NCBI GenBank assembly: GCA_008080745.1
Contig: SHMX01000001.1
Span: 90,001 to 122,000, forward strand
Direction: 5' to 3'
From: Candidatus Thorarchaeota archaeon
Lineage (GTDB): Archaea; Asgardarchaeota; Thorarchaeia; Thorarchaeales; Thorarchaeaceae
DNA length: 32,000 nucleotides
Part shown: positions 1 through 9,296 of the stretch, piece after piece
Position numbering within the stretch: the first letter of the stretch is position 1
Layout of the letters: every line of letters begins with the position of its first letter
Translations under genes and position numbers: made by a program
Notes under the pieces: model-generated
Told to the model about the DNA's origin: nothing
Seen by the model: only the letters and a program-made list of their open reading frames with translations
Database searches by the model: none

Positions 1-133
1 AATTTTTCCCAAACCTTGAATCAAAATTCACAACTGATGGAAATATACAAGAAGCAGAAGAATAATACGGGCTAAGGAAATATTAAATGGGCTGAATCAT
101 CAGATTGCTCATTCAATAAAGGGGTAAATCATA

Positions 134-346
134 ATGACAAACTGGAATCAGATTTTATCAGACTTGAAACAGTCGGGACAAGTATTCACAATCTATCTAA
201 GATACATGCAAAAAGATACTCTGGCTAAAATTAGAGATGTTCGAGTGTCAGAAGTGTTTCAGGACCATGTCAAGCTAGAAAACGAGTCAGGTTTTGGTAT
301 CTTGAGCTTTGACGATATTCTGTATCTATCAATACCTAAGAGATAG
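134..346 (+). CDS. Small hypothetical protein, possible Sm/Hfq-like (LSm) fold
   Basis: 70 aa with ATG start. Predicted N-terminal helix, then beta strands (VFTIYL, IRDVRVSEV, HVKLEN, GILSFDDILYLSI), a pattern resembling Hfq/Sm. Fold call by eye only. Confidence 0.45.
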   Translation: MTNWNQILSDLKQSGQVFTIYLRYMQKDTLAKIRDVRVSEVFQDHVKLENESGFGILSFDDILYLSIPKR

Positions 347-432
347 AATAACCACATAAAGCATCACGCGCACATTTAATACCAAAAATATGTAAAGCTG
401 GACTGATTAATAGGTGTATAGAGGTCGTTATA

Positions 433-1392
433 GTGAGTAATCTAGTTTTAATCCCCATTGAAGGTGAGCGTACCCTTTTAGAAAGAGAAGAGCATATCAT
501 CACCAATTACCGAGTTATTCAGAGAGATCGTGGTTCAAACACCTCTGTTGGAATCCCATTGCATGTCATTCGTGAATACAAACTGACCTCTCGTTCGGGA
601 ATGTTCAAGGTGGTTAATGGTATTATTAATGTGATAGGTGCTATGCCCCAAAAAGAGGCACTACGTGGTGCTCTTGGACTGCGAGAATTCGATAGATTAC
701 GAGTTGGCGACCAGCGAAAATTATGTGAGATGTCCGGTCTTGCCTTTGTTCATCCGGACTATCCTTACGGTAGATGGGCAACAATAGGATATCACCGACC
801 ATTCTCTCAGCATTTCTATCAGGAATTTGCATGGATACGAGGAGAAAATGTTTTCACTTATTATCCAAATTCATTCATTCTCACAAACTATCGATTATAT
901 CAGAAAGATGAGAAACGAAGAAAACTCTATATCTTTCCCCTCCATATGGTCGAAACCTTTGAGGCAAAAGGCAACAAAATCAGAATCAAAGCAACATCTG
1001 GAAAATTTGAGATAAAGGGAAAGGTGCCACGACAAGACCATATGTTGCGAGTATGGCAAATGCGTGCGTGGGATACCTTACCAAAAGAACATCTCGATTG
1101 GTTAATCAGACCTTATGATTTCATTCAAGCAAGACACCCACTTTCTCAATACTCGATTAGCGACAGCGCTGCAATAGACAGATCATTTGTTGCAACCGAA
1201 ACAAAAGAAGAGATGGAAGTGGCATCAGGTAGTAAAGGTGAACACACTGTATTCGTAAAACCAGTCATAAAGGACAGATGTACGAATTGTAACGCCCCAC
1301 TCTCCTGGGAGCAAATCGATTGGGTGGGTCCTGATCAATATCAATGTCCAAGCTGTGGAGCAACACATCGCGTGGATTATGTTAGAATGTAG
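433..1392 (+). CDS. Protein with two PH-like repeats and a C-terminal Zn ribbon
   Basis: GTG start with GAGGT upstream. Internal duplication IITNYRVIQRD..PLHVI / ILTNYRLYQKD..PLHMV, where the LTNxR strand is typical of bacterial-PH/GRAM-like domains. C-terminal CTNC...CPSC. Confidence 0.6.
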   Translation: MSNLVLIPIEGERTLLEREEHIITNYRVIQRDRGSNTSVGIPLHVIREYKLTSRSGMFKVVNGIINVIGAMPQKEALRGALGLREFDRLRVGDQRKLCEMSGLAFVHPDYPYGRWATIGYHRPFSQHFYQEFAWIRGENVFTYYPNSFILTNYRLYQKDEKRRKLYIFPLHMVETFEAKGNKIRIKATSGKFEIKGKVPRQDHMLRVWQMRAWDTLPKEHLDWLIRPYDFIQARHPLSQYSISDSAAIDRSFVATETKEEMEVASGSKGEHTVFVKPVIKDRCTNCNAPLSWEQIDWVGPDQYQCPSCGATHRVDYVRM

Positions 1393-1404
1393 TATGCTTT
1401 ATGT

Positions 1405-3297
1405 TTACACATTCAAACGAGTCCAATTCAGAGATAGCTTATGTAGTGTTTCATCGGTGGGTAATCCGCTCTCGCGATTCCACCCTCTCAGACGATAATA
1501 GTCATCTAACATAGGTTCTAAATCAACAGTCTGTCCCTTTCCAGGTCCTTCAGGCATCGGTTCATCAGTAAATCGCTTTGGAAGTGTATCATCAGACCTA
1601 GATATCCCTTCTCTAGCATTGAATAAACGTTTTAGAGTAACCTGTCTTTCAGCAATAAGAGTGAGATTATCTTCATCACCAAGAGATTGAATACCAGTAG
1701 CAAGAGGTAACAGTTTCGCAAAATCTTTCATCCAGAAAATAGGAGGCCATGATACCGAATACCAGCAAACAATCAGAGTATCTCTGATACAATATGCGTT
1801 CTCGGTTTCAACAACCGCTGTTGCTTTGTATTTTTCGACATAAGGATTGAGAATTTCAGGAAGAGTGTGTGCACCCCATCGTTCCGTAGCTACATCTTCG
1901 TATCCTAGTTGATCTACTACGACTAGACTTCGCAAATGATCTGCACCTCGTGCACCAGTGGCATGAGAAAGTCCAATACTGCGGTGGGTACGACCGTCCT
2001 GACCTGATACTTCCAAACCTTTTACATGGATAGCGTATTCAGATGCATTCTTGCCAATCTTCTCAGCTGCAATACGACTTCCCTCGGCCAATATATCGCC
2101 AAAACCATCTCGAGAGCCGATTTTCTCTAACATCCTAATGGTATTTTCACGATTGCCCCAACTTATATCAAGACCGTCAGTATCACTAGTGTCGATTATT
2201 CCTTTTTCAAATAGTTCCATAGCGAAAGCGAGAGTTGATCCTGCGGAGATGATATCCATACCATATCGATTACAAATCTGATTTGCTTTTAGTGTGGTGG
2301 GATAGTCATCAATACCCAACAGACTACCAAAAGCCATAAGACCCTCATATTCAGGACCTTCTTCTAAAGTTCCTCTAAAGGGACCATCTGGGATGTAGTT
2401 CACCTTTTTACACCCAAGGCTACAACCAAAGCATGCACGATCGGAAATCGTATAACGAGGACGAATGTAGTCACCAGAGAGCTTTTCCCATCCATCAAAC
2501 ACTCCTGTTTGATGATTCCGTGTTGGTAATTCACCAATTTCTTGTTTAACAGCGGTGAGAACCCACGTGCCCCATTTACCCATCTCCTGTGCTTGAGGGT
2601 TATTTCGTACACGTTGATGGGCATCCTTAGCAAATTCAACAAAGCCCTCATGGTCATATACATCGATTCCCCCATGACCTCGAACGGCTATAGCTTTGAC
2701 ATTTTTTGACCCTAATACTGCCCCCATTCCCGTTCTTCCTGCTGCCCGTGCATTATTGATTATTACTGACGAGAAACGAACTTGTTTTTCACCAGCGGGG
2801 CCTATTGCACCGACCTGAATGTCTGGGTCTCTGTGGTCACTTCTAATAGCAGCTGAAATCTCGTTTGTCTTCATGCCCCACTTATCTTTAGCTTCAATCA
2901 ATTGGAGATCTGTGTCACTAACATATACGTAGACTGGTTTTTCGGACTGTCCTTCAATTACAAGCATGTCATAACCTGCATACTTTAGTTCAGCTCCCAA
3001 GAATCCACCCACATGGCTCTCTCCCCAGATACCAGTTTGTGGAGACTTTGAAACAAATACAGTTCTTCCACTCATAGGCCATAGAGTTCCTGTAATAGGC
3101 CCTGTACCAACAATTAGTTTGTTTTCGGGTCCAAGTGGATCACAACCTCCTGGGACCTCTGCAAACATCAGACGTGCTGCAAACCCATCCCCACCGATAT
3201 AATCCGTTATCCACTCAGTTGGAATCGATTCAATCTTGAAATCATTGGAATCGAGCTGCACTCGTAATATTTTCCCAGCATATCCACCATATTTCAT
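1405..3297 (-). CDS. aor: Aldehyde:ferredoxin oxidoreductase family (tungstopterin) catalytic subunit
   Basis: Motifs GRTGMGAVLGSKNVKAI, CFGCSLGC, GPEYE, GMDIISAG and C-terminal YYRLRGW. Start moved to the ATG at 3297, which follows the upstream stop and has a GGTGA SD. The ORF track starts at 3321. Confidence 0.93.
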   Translation of the reverse strand: MKYGGYAGKILRVQLDSNDFKIESIPTEWITDYIGGDGFAARLMFAEVPGGCDPLGPENKLIVGTGPITGTLWPMSGRTVFVSKSPQTGIWGESHVGGFLGAELKYAGYDMLVIEGQSEKPVYVYVSDTDLQLIEAKDKWGMKTNEISAAIRSDHRDPDIQVGAIGPAGEKQVRFSSVIINNARAAGRTGMGAVLGSKNVKAIAVRGHGGIDVYDHEGFVEFAKDAHQRVRNNPQAQEMGKWGTWVLTAVKQEIGELPTRNHQTGVFDGWEKLSGDYIRPRYTISDRACFGCSLGCKKVNYIPDGPFRGTLEEGPEYEGLMAFGSLLGIDDYPTTLKANQICNRYGMDIISAGSTLAFAMELFEKGIIDTSDTDGLDISWGNRENTIRMLEKIGSRDGFGDILAEGSRIAAEKIGKNASEYAIHVKGLEVSGQDGRTHRSIGLSHATGARGADHLRSLVVVDQLGYEDVATERWGAHTLPEILNPYVEKYKATAVVETENAYCIRDTLIVCWYSVSWPPIFWMKDFAKLLPLATGIQSLGDEDNLTLIAERQVTLKRLFNAREGISRSDDTLPKRFTDEPMPEGPGKGQTVDLEPMLDDYYRLRGWNRESGLPTDETLHKLSLNWTRLNV

Positions 3298-3298
3298 A

Positions 3299-3799
3299 TC
3301 ATGCATCACCGCTGGTTTCACTTGCTGTGCGTTTTATCTCACGAAGATATTCAGAGATTTTCTCGTGGCGGCCTGAGGTGCTGACACTTGTAATAGGCCC
3401 ATAGGATATCGCTCCCGTGGGACATACCTTTGCACATTCTGGATCTCCCTCACAATGATTACACTTGACAATCCGCATTTTTGCCGTGTCAAGTAGAATA
3501 ACCCCATTCACACAGGCACCAACACATGACTTGCATAGTATGCACTTGTCATGGTCTATATACGTCATTTTTGTAACAGGATTTCGCCTCATAGCGTAAA
3601 CTGGACATACTTCAACACAGGGAGCCTCTTCACAAGGCCCACATACATTGGGTACATCTATACCAAGGTCATCATAACGTACAATTCTTAATCGAGCAAG
3701 ACTGGGTTGAAATCTACCCTCATGTTTTGCTGAACAGGCTAGCTCGCATATTCTGCATCCAGTGCATTTTGTGTAATCAACGACCAATTGTGATGTCAT
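3299..3799 (-). CDS. 4x[4Fe-4S] electron-transfer subunit (DmsB/HydN-like) of the AOR
   Basis: Four Cys groups: CTGCRICELAC, CGPCEEAPCVEVC, CILCKSCVGAC, CNHCEGDPECAKVC. Its stop directly precedes the aor start. Confidence 0.92.
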   Translation of the reverse strand: MTSQLVVDYTKCTGCRICELACSAKHEGRFQPSLARLRIVRYDDLGIDVPNVCGPCEEAPCVEVCPVYAMRRNPVTKMTYIDHDKCILCKSCVGACVNGVILLDTAKMRIVKCNHCEGDPECAKVCPTGAISYGPITSVSTSGRHEKISEYLREIKRTASETSGDA

Positions 3800-3892
3800 G
3801 AGGTGTTCCTCGCAGTACCAAATAACTACATTACCACGCTAAAAGGATTCGGTCTTGATACATGTACGCTTATTAGGTTTTGATAATGTGTT

Positions 3893-4348
3893 TTGAGTGT
3901 GATGTCTATGCCCAAGGAGCACATAAAAAAAGATGATGATATAGTGGAAATCGAATTCGAGCTTGGTGACATGGAATTCGAGGCCAGGGGTAGAGCGGAT
4001 GTTATTGAAAGAATGTTCAGGCATCTCCTACACAAGATAGAGGTTGGAGGTCTTCCTGTAACTCTTCCAGATATGTCAGAATTTGAAGAAGATGAATTCG
4101 AAGAAGAGGAGGAGGAGGAATATATCTATGATGATGAAGATGAGGAGGAGGAGGAAGTTTATGAGGAAGAGGAATCTGATGAACTTCCCGATATTGATGC
4201 AGAATTAGAACCTCCAGAACCGCATATGACGGAACCCTCCAGGGTAGAACCATCTACCACTTACTCTGACACAAGAGCACCTTCTTGGGAAGAACTAGAA
4301 CATTCCTCTCCACCAGAGTCTGAAGCTGAAAAACAAGCTAGAGAGTAA
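3893..4348 (+). CDS. Hypothetical protein with a small N-terminal domain and a long acidic, Pro-rich tail
   Basis: 151-aa ORF filling the gap between divergent and convergent genes, with the run EEDEFEEEEEEEYIYDDEDEEEEE. True start may be the ATG at 3902 or 3908. Confidence 0.65.
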   Translation: MSVMSMPKEHIKKDDDIVEIEFELGDMEFEARGRADVIERMFRHLLHKIEVGGLPVTLPDMSEFEEDEFEEEEEEEYIYDDEDEEEEEVYEEEESDELPDIDAELEPPEPHMTEPSRVEPSTTYSDTRAPSWEELEHSSPPESEAEKQARE

Positions 4349-4369
4349 TTATTAATCAGATTTAGGAAG

Positions 4370-4390
4370 AGATGCCCAAAATGGGCATCT
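4370..4390. terminator. Stem-loop between convergent genes
   Basis: AGATGCCCA-aaa-TGGGCATCT, a perfect 9-bp inverted repeat between the stops at 4348 and 4392. Confidence 0.55.
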
Positions 4391-4391
4391 T

Positions 4392-5465
4392 TCAGCTAAA
4401 CTCGGTGACCCAGCCATATTTGTCTTGAACTTGTCCACATTGCATACCAGTTAATTGATCGAATAGTTTCTGTGTTAACTCGCCGATACCCCCATCTGCA
4501 ACTTGGTAAGCATGACCTTTATACCAAAGATTTCCAACAGGTGCAATCACAGCTGCAGTACCCGCACCAAAAATTTCTAGAACTTTTCCGGACTCAATTC
4601 CCTCAATAACTTCGTCAATTGAAATCATTCGTTCGGACACGTTGAAACCCCAATCTCTGGTCATATGAATCACAGAATCTCTTGTTATTCCAGGAAGAAT
4701 AGTACCTTGAAGAGGTGCGGTGGCTAGCTCATCATCAAATCTAACAAAGAGATTCATGGTGCCAACCTCTTCAATATACCTATTCTCATTAGCATCTAAC
4801 CATAAAACCTGAGAATAGCCAATCTCTTTCGCTTTTTCAGCTGCTTTCAAACTAGCTGCATAATTCCCCATCGTTTTTGCAGCACCCACACCGCCCTTAG
4901 CAGCACGTACATATTGATCTGCAACCATAATCTTCACAGGTTCAAATGATTTGAAATAAGGTCCAACGGGAGAGAGAATAACATAATACAAATACTCCTC
5001 AGAGGGCCTAACCCCTAGTTTAGATTCAGTAGCAATCATGGTTGGACGAATGTACAACGATGTCCCTCGCGCTTGAGGTATCCAATCTTTTTCGATTTTC
5101 AATAATTGAATGAGATTCTGTAGTGCCTCATCTCTATTGATAGTTGGCATGACCATTCGAGTAGCAGATGAATTGAAACGCTCAAAGTTCTTCTCTGGTC
5201 GAAATAGATAACATTTATCCCATCGACGATAAGCCTTCATTCCTTCAAAGATACCTTGTCCATAATGTAATACCAAGGCCGATGGATCAAGTTCGAGATT
5301 TCGATATGGATGTATTCTTGCAGGATGCCATATTTTCTCAGAATACTCCATAGAGAGCATGTGGTCCGTAAAGACTGTTCCAAAAGATACCTGTAATATG
5401 TCAGCAGGTTTTGATTTTCGCTGTTCATGAGGGGCCAGCTCAACGTCAACAGTCATATCTATCAC
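4392..5465 (-). CDS. ilvE: Branched-chain amino acid aminotransferase (class IV)
   Basis: Motifs LHYGQGIFEGMKAY, LYIRP, AKTMGNY (PLP lysine), EEVGTMN, ILPGITR and GAGTAA. Confidence 0.95.
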   Translation of the reverse strand: MIDMTVDVELAPHEQRKSKPADILQVSFGTVFTDHMLSMEYSEKIWHPARIHPYRNLELDPSALVLHYGQGIFEGMKAYRRWDKCYLFRPEKNFERFNSSATRMVMPTINRDEALQNLIQLLKIEKDWIPQARGTSLYIRPTMIATESKLGVRPSEEYLYYVILSPVGPYFKSFEPVKIMVADQYVRAAKGGVGAAKTMGNYAASLKAAEKAKEIGYSQVLWLDANENRYIEEVGTMNLFVRFDDELATAPLQGTILPGITRDSVIHMTRDWGFNVSERMISIDEVIEGIESGKVLEIFGAGTAAVIAPVGNLWYKGHAYQVADGGIGELTQKLFDQLTGMQCGQVQDKYGWVTEFS

Positions 5466-5578
5466 GAAAAAATTTCCGCAGAACCCCCTCTTAGTCTTTC
5501 TGTAATACTACATCAAATTCAATCTATTATCAGTCAAAAAGACTATAGGGATATTAGATACAGTACAGTTGATGAGCA

Positions 5579-6190
5579 ATGAGCCATTTTGAAGGATACG
5601 ATAGAGAAGATAAAGACCCATTTGAAATAGATCAGAAGGAAATCTTGGGAGAATATACCGTTGAATGGATGGCATTGAAAAAGTCGTATCAAGAAGTAAA
5701 AAGGCAGTTACTTGAAATTCAGAAGGACCTTAGTGAATTAGATAAGCAATTACAAAAAGGTCAGATAACTGAGGCTGAACATATTAGAGAGTATCAGGCA
5801 AAATGGCATGCTTCTACAGAAATAATCCATGTGAAACGAGATGTTGAAGCTAGACTTGCAGAGATACAGAAAGAGATTCGAGAGGCTAACAAACGGCTTC
5901 AGCTCCAAGAGAGAGAACGAGAAAAAAGAGCCAAGATAAAAGAAGAGAAAGCTCATGCAATGATTGAGTGGATGTCACTTCGAGAGGGATTCGAATTAGT
6001 TTCAAAAAAGAGGAAAGAAATCAGTCATCAAATGGACAAGCTAGAGTTGCAACGGAGACGAAAAGAGATATCAGATGACGAATACAGAAGCCAGCAGTTG
6101 GAACAAATCCGAGAACTGGCAGAACTAAGCACTGTGGAGTCTGATGTTAAACGAAGACTCTCAGAACTTCTTGAGATAATTAAGAAATAA
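5579..6190 (+). CDS. All-helical coiled-coil protein with two internal repeats, CdvA-like helical domain
   Basis: Two repeats of about 100 aa: EWMALKKSYQEV..LQKGQITEAEH and EWMSLREGFELV..RRKEISDDEY. The EW...G[EQ]I[ST]xxxY pattern resembles the CdvA coiled coil. No PRC barrel is visible. Confidence 0.55.
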   Translation: MSHFEGYDREDKDPFEIDQKEILGEYTVEWMALKKSYQEVKRQLLEIQKDLSELDKQLQKGQITEAEHIREYQAKWHASTEIIHVKRDVEARLAEIQKEIREANKRLQLQEREREKRAKIKEEKAHAMIEWMSLREGFELVSKKRKEISHQMDKLELQRRRKEISDDEYRSQQLEQIRELAELSTVESDVKRRLSELLEIIKK

Positions 6191-6201
6191 AAAGAAGATA
6201 A

Positions 6202-6224
6202 AGCAGAACCAAGGAGGTTCTGCT
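6202..6224 (-). terminator. Stem-loop plus U-tract terminator for gdh
   Basis: AGCAGAACC-aagga-GGTTCTGCT 9-bp stem. On the minus strand it is followed by TTATCTTCTTTTT. It lies between convergent stops. Confidence 0.6.
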
Positions 6225-6232
6225 GGTTGATT

Positions 6233-7594
6233 CTATGCGTAATAACCCATTGCGAGCATTGCGTCAGCAACTTTTAGGAAGCCTGCAATGTTAGCACCAA
6301 GTACGTAGTTACCCTTATCACCAAACATCTCTGCTGTATCGTATGCTGTTTGATGGATGTCAATCATGATCTGATGTAGACGCTGATCAACTTCTTCTCG
6401 GGTCCAGAAGTATCTCTGACTGTTCTGTGCCATCTCAAGACCAGAAACTGATACACCACCAGCATTGGCAGCTTTACCAGGACCGTAAAGGACTTTGGCC
6501 TTTTGGAATATTTCTACTGCTTCAGGTACACAAGGCATGTTTGCACCTTCACCAACGGCCATTACTCCATTGTCAACGAGTTTTTGTGCCTCTTTTGCAT
6601 CAACCTCGTTCTGGGTTGCACTGGGTAAAGCAACGTCACACTTTAAGCTCCAAGGACTACCTTCAGCTGAGTATTCAACACCTTCATAATTCTCGGCATA
6701 TTCCTTGATACGGCCACGTCGGACATTCTTCAAATCCATAATCCATGCGAGCTTATCACGGTCAATACCAGCGGGGTCATGAATCCAACCGCTAGAATCA
6801 CTCATAGCGATAACTTTTGCACCAAGGTCTAGACATTTCTCTGCTGCAAACTGTGCTACATTACCAGAACCAGAGATACAAACAATTTTGCCTTCCATCT
6901 CTTCATTCTTGGTCTTGAGCATCTCTTTGACAAAGTAGACACAACCATAACCGGTTGCCTCGGGTCTGATAAGAGACCCGCCATATGTGCGGCCTTTGCC
7001 AGTGAGAACACAGGTGCCATGAAGATTCGTAATCTTTCGGTATGCACCATACAGATAGCCTATCTCACGACCACCAACTCCAATGTCACCAGCAGGTACA
7101 TCGGTAAATTGGCCAATGTGTCTGTAGAGCTCGGACATGAAGCTGTAACAGAAATTACGTACTTCTTCGTCAGTCTTACCCTTTGGGTCGAAATCGGATC
7201 CACCCTTACCACCACCCATAGGTAGGCCAGTGAGACTGTTCTTGAAAATCTGCTCGAAACCGAGAAACTTCAGAACACCCTCATTTACGGTGGGATGAAA
7301 ACGGAGACCGCCCTTATAGGGTCCGATGGCTGAATTGAATTGGATTCGGTAACCACGGTTGACCTCAATCTTTTCGTCCTTGTTGACCCAAGGTACACGG
7401 AATTTGATGATCCTCTCAGGAACAGTAATTCGTTCTAGAATGGATTTTTCCTTGTATTTGGGGTACTTCTTAATTGCGGGCTCCAGTGATTCAAGAACCT
7501 CAAGAGCTGCTTGGTGAAACACCTTTTGCTCTGGATCCTTTTCGACTAGGGCGTTATACACATGCTCGATGTAACTATCCACTGATATCACCAA
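6233..7594 (-). CDS. gdhA: Glutamate dehydrogenase (NADP-type hexameric family)
   Basis: Motifs GPYKGGLRFHP, EQIFKNSL, GGGKGGSDF, DVPAGDIG, RPEATGYG, GSGNVA, EGANMP and KAANAGGV. Confidence 0.97.
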   Translation of the reverse strand: MVISVDSYIEHVYNALVEKDPEQKVFHQAALEVLESLEPAIKKYPKYKEKSILERITVPERIIKFRVPWVNKDEKIEVNRGYRIQFNSAIGPYKGGLRFHPTVNEGVLKFLGFEQIFKNSLTGLPMGGGKGGSDFDPKGKTDEEVRNFCYSFMSELYRHIGQFTDVPAGDIGVGGREIGYLYGAYRKITNLHGTCVLTGKGRTYGGSLIRPEATGYGCVYFVKEMLKTKNEEMEGKIVCISGSGNVAQFAAEKCLDLGAKVIAMSDSSGWIHDPAGIDRDKLAWIMDLKNVRRGRIKEYAENYEGVEYSAEGSPWSLKCDVALPSATQNEVDAKEAQKLVDNGVMAVGEGANMPCVPEAVEIFQKAKVLYGPGKAANAGGVSVSGLEMAQNSQRYFWTREEVDQRLHQIMIDIHQTAYDTAEMFGDKGNYVLGANIAGFLKVADAMLAMGYYA

Positions 7595-7736
7595 TATGCT
7601 GTGTTAGGCAAGCAAATCGCAAAGGAGCTTACACATAAATGAATCGGATTGGGATGAAATCAAAAATCAAGCAGTACATGGCGTAAATACACAATTAAAT
7701 AACTAATGGGGATTGAGATAGATAACATAAAGATAC

Positions 7737-8402
7737 GTGAATATCGAGGCAGATTCTATGCCAGTATTTGAACAAGAATGGATTTCCCCGATTTTAGAAG
7801 TCTACCGGAAAGAAAAGATAACTAACAACTACACAGTGCTATTGGGCTTGAATCCGCTAGGGCAGGCTCTTTGTAGAAAGATATACGAGAAGAACTTCTT
7901 TGAAACAGTATTGTTGTTTAATTCACCATCTTTTACATCTTGGAATAGATATCCAGCTGGTGTGAAACCACCAGTTATTCCAGTGCACGGTATGATAAGA
8001 GACGAGCTCATGATGATTTGGGGAGATGTAAGTATCAAGGATTACGAATGGCTTACAGATACATTGTTCTATATCCGTGGAAACATTCCTACTCGATTCA
8101 TAGTAGCATTTGTTGCTCACTCTGGACCAACTTCAGGTCAAGTTTTTTCAAAGAAAGGAGAACGATTACTAGAACGTCTAGAGATTCCAAGAGGAAGGTC
8201 TGAATATTATGACGGACTGACCGCACCACTAATCAGCGTAGCCAATGTTGCGAATCTTGACCCAGTGATATTCTATGTGGAAGACAGGTTAGATACGGAA
8301 CAGGTTATACAGATTGACGATGTAATAGTCACCCAAGGTGAGATTGACGCCGCAGAGCACCTCATGAATAGAGGATTTGATTTGCAATTAGCAGATCAGT
8401 AG
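7737..8402 (+). CDS. Hypothetical protein, possibly divergent PAC2/proteasome-assembly-chaperone-like fold
   Basis: 221 aa, GTG start. Order of segments (VLLGLNPLGQAL, LMMIWGD, FIVAF, YYDGLTAPLISVA) parallels PAC2-family proteins. Weak similarity judged by eye. Confidence 0.4.
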   Translation: MNIEADSMPVFEQEWISPILEVYRKEKITNNYTVLLGLNPLGQALCRKIYEKNFFETVLLFNSPSFTSWNRYPAGVKPPVIPVHGMIRDELMMIWGDVSIKDYEWLTDTLFYIRGNIPTRFIVAFVAHSGPTSGQVFSKKGERLLERLEIPRGRSEYYDGLTAPLISVANVANLDPVIFYVEDRLDTEQVIQIDDVIVTQGEIDAAEHLMNRGFDLQLADQ

Positions 8403-8405
8403 AAT

Positions 8406-9116
8406 CTATTCTGTCGATTCGTCATGCTCTGTTCGTCCGTATCCTACACGGTCACGGTCTCCAGAATAAGTCCGTTCTAAAGGATGGTCTGAGAGCTGGG
8501 AATCACATTCGGAACACATTAGAGCTCGAGTATCATTCACCATTACAATGCGGCCGCATGATATACAAGTCCAGAGTCCATTCTGTAACATGCGAGTCTT
8601 TCTATAGACCGTCTTCGCTAAGTCTCTAAGTTCTGAGGGGCAACTTTTTGAAACACCTACAATTCCATCAGCATTCCATCTACAGATAAGGGATACAAGA
8701 GATGTTGTCAATTCAATCATCCTAGAAGTAGTAGTATCAATATCTTCAGGGGGATCTGATTTTACGGTAAAGTCATCCTCAGAGATACTATAGAGCATCT
8801 CCAGATAAACAAAAAATGCAGGTACGGGATAATGATTACTTCCTTTAGATTCTACCATCTGTGCTAGAACTGCAGATATCATTAGTGTCTGAGAATAATC
8901 ATCTCGAAGAATTGAGTCGATTTCGTCAGCAATCTTCTTGGCATCCAAATCATAATTATTTGGATTCAGTCCCTTTTTTCTAGCTATTTTTCTAACAGAT
9001 GTGAGAAAATCTTGCCCATTCTGAATATCCCTATTTACCATTCTGGCAAGTGATTGATAATTAATACCAGAATCCTCTGCTAACTTATGAAGAAGGTCAC
9101 GGGCGGTTAGACTCAA
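8406..9116 (-). CDS. Hypothetical helical protein with a C-terminal Zn ribbon
   Basis: 236 aa, TTG start, with WTCISCG...MCSECD near the C-terminus. Confidence 0.7.
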   Translation of the reverse strand: MSLTARDLLHKLAEDSGINYQSLARMVNRDIQNGQDFLTSVRKIARKKGLNPNNYDLDAKKIADEIDSILRDDYSQTLMISAVLAQMVESKGSNHYPVPAFFVYLEMLYSISEDDFTVKSDPPEDIDTTTSRMIELTTSLVSLICRWNADGIVGVSKSCPSELRDLAKTVYRKTRMLQNGLWTCISCGRIVMVNDTRALMCSECDSQLSDHPLERTYSGDRDRVGYGRTEHDESTE

Positions 9117-9296
9117 CAGGTATTCGAACCCCTGGTGGCATGTAGATTAGTAGTATAAGATACATTTTAGACTGTCTATTGAATCATAAAAGGTAAACTG
9201 TTTGGAGAATGACAAGGTCTGCTATTGTGGGTTATCCATCAGCAATATCTTTAGGCACCAGTGTTCTGTCAGACTACTGAAACAGGTTGAGATAGA

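Noticed and set aside
1-75. Possible 3' end of an upstream CDS
   Set aside because: Two plus-strand frames are open from the window edge (stops ending at 63 and 75), and they are too short to choose between or annotate.
4081-4200. GAG/GAA/GAT triplet runs here and at 24381-24490 as tandem repeats or CRISPR
   Set aside because: They are imperfect codon runs encoding acidic tails. No repeat-spacer periodicity was seen anywhere in the window.
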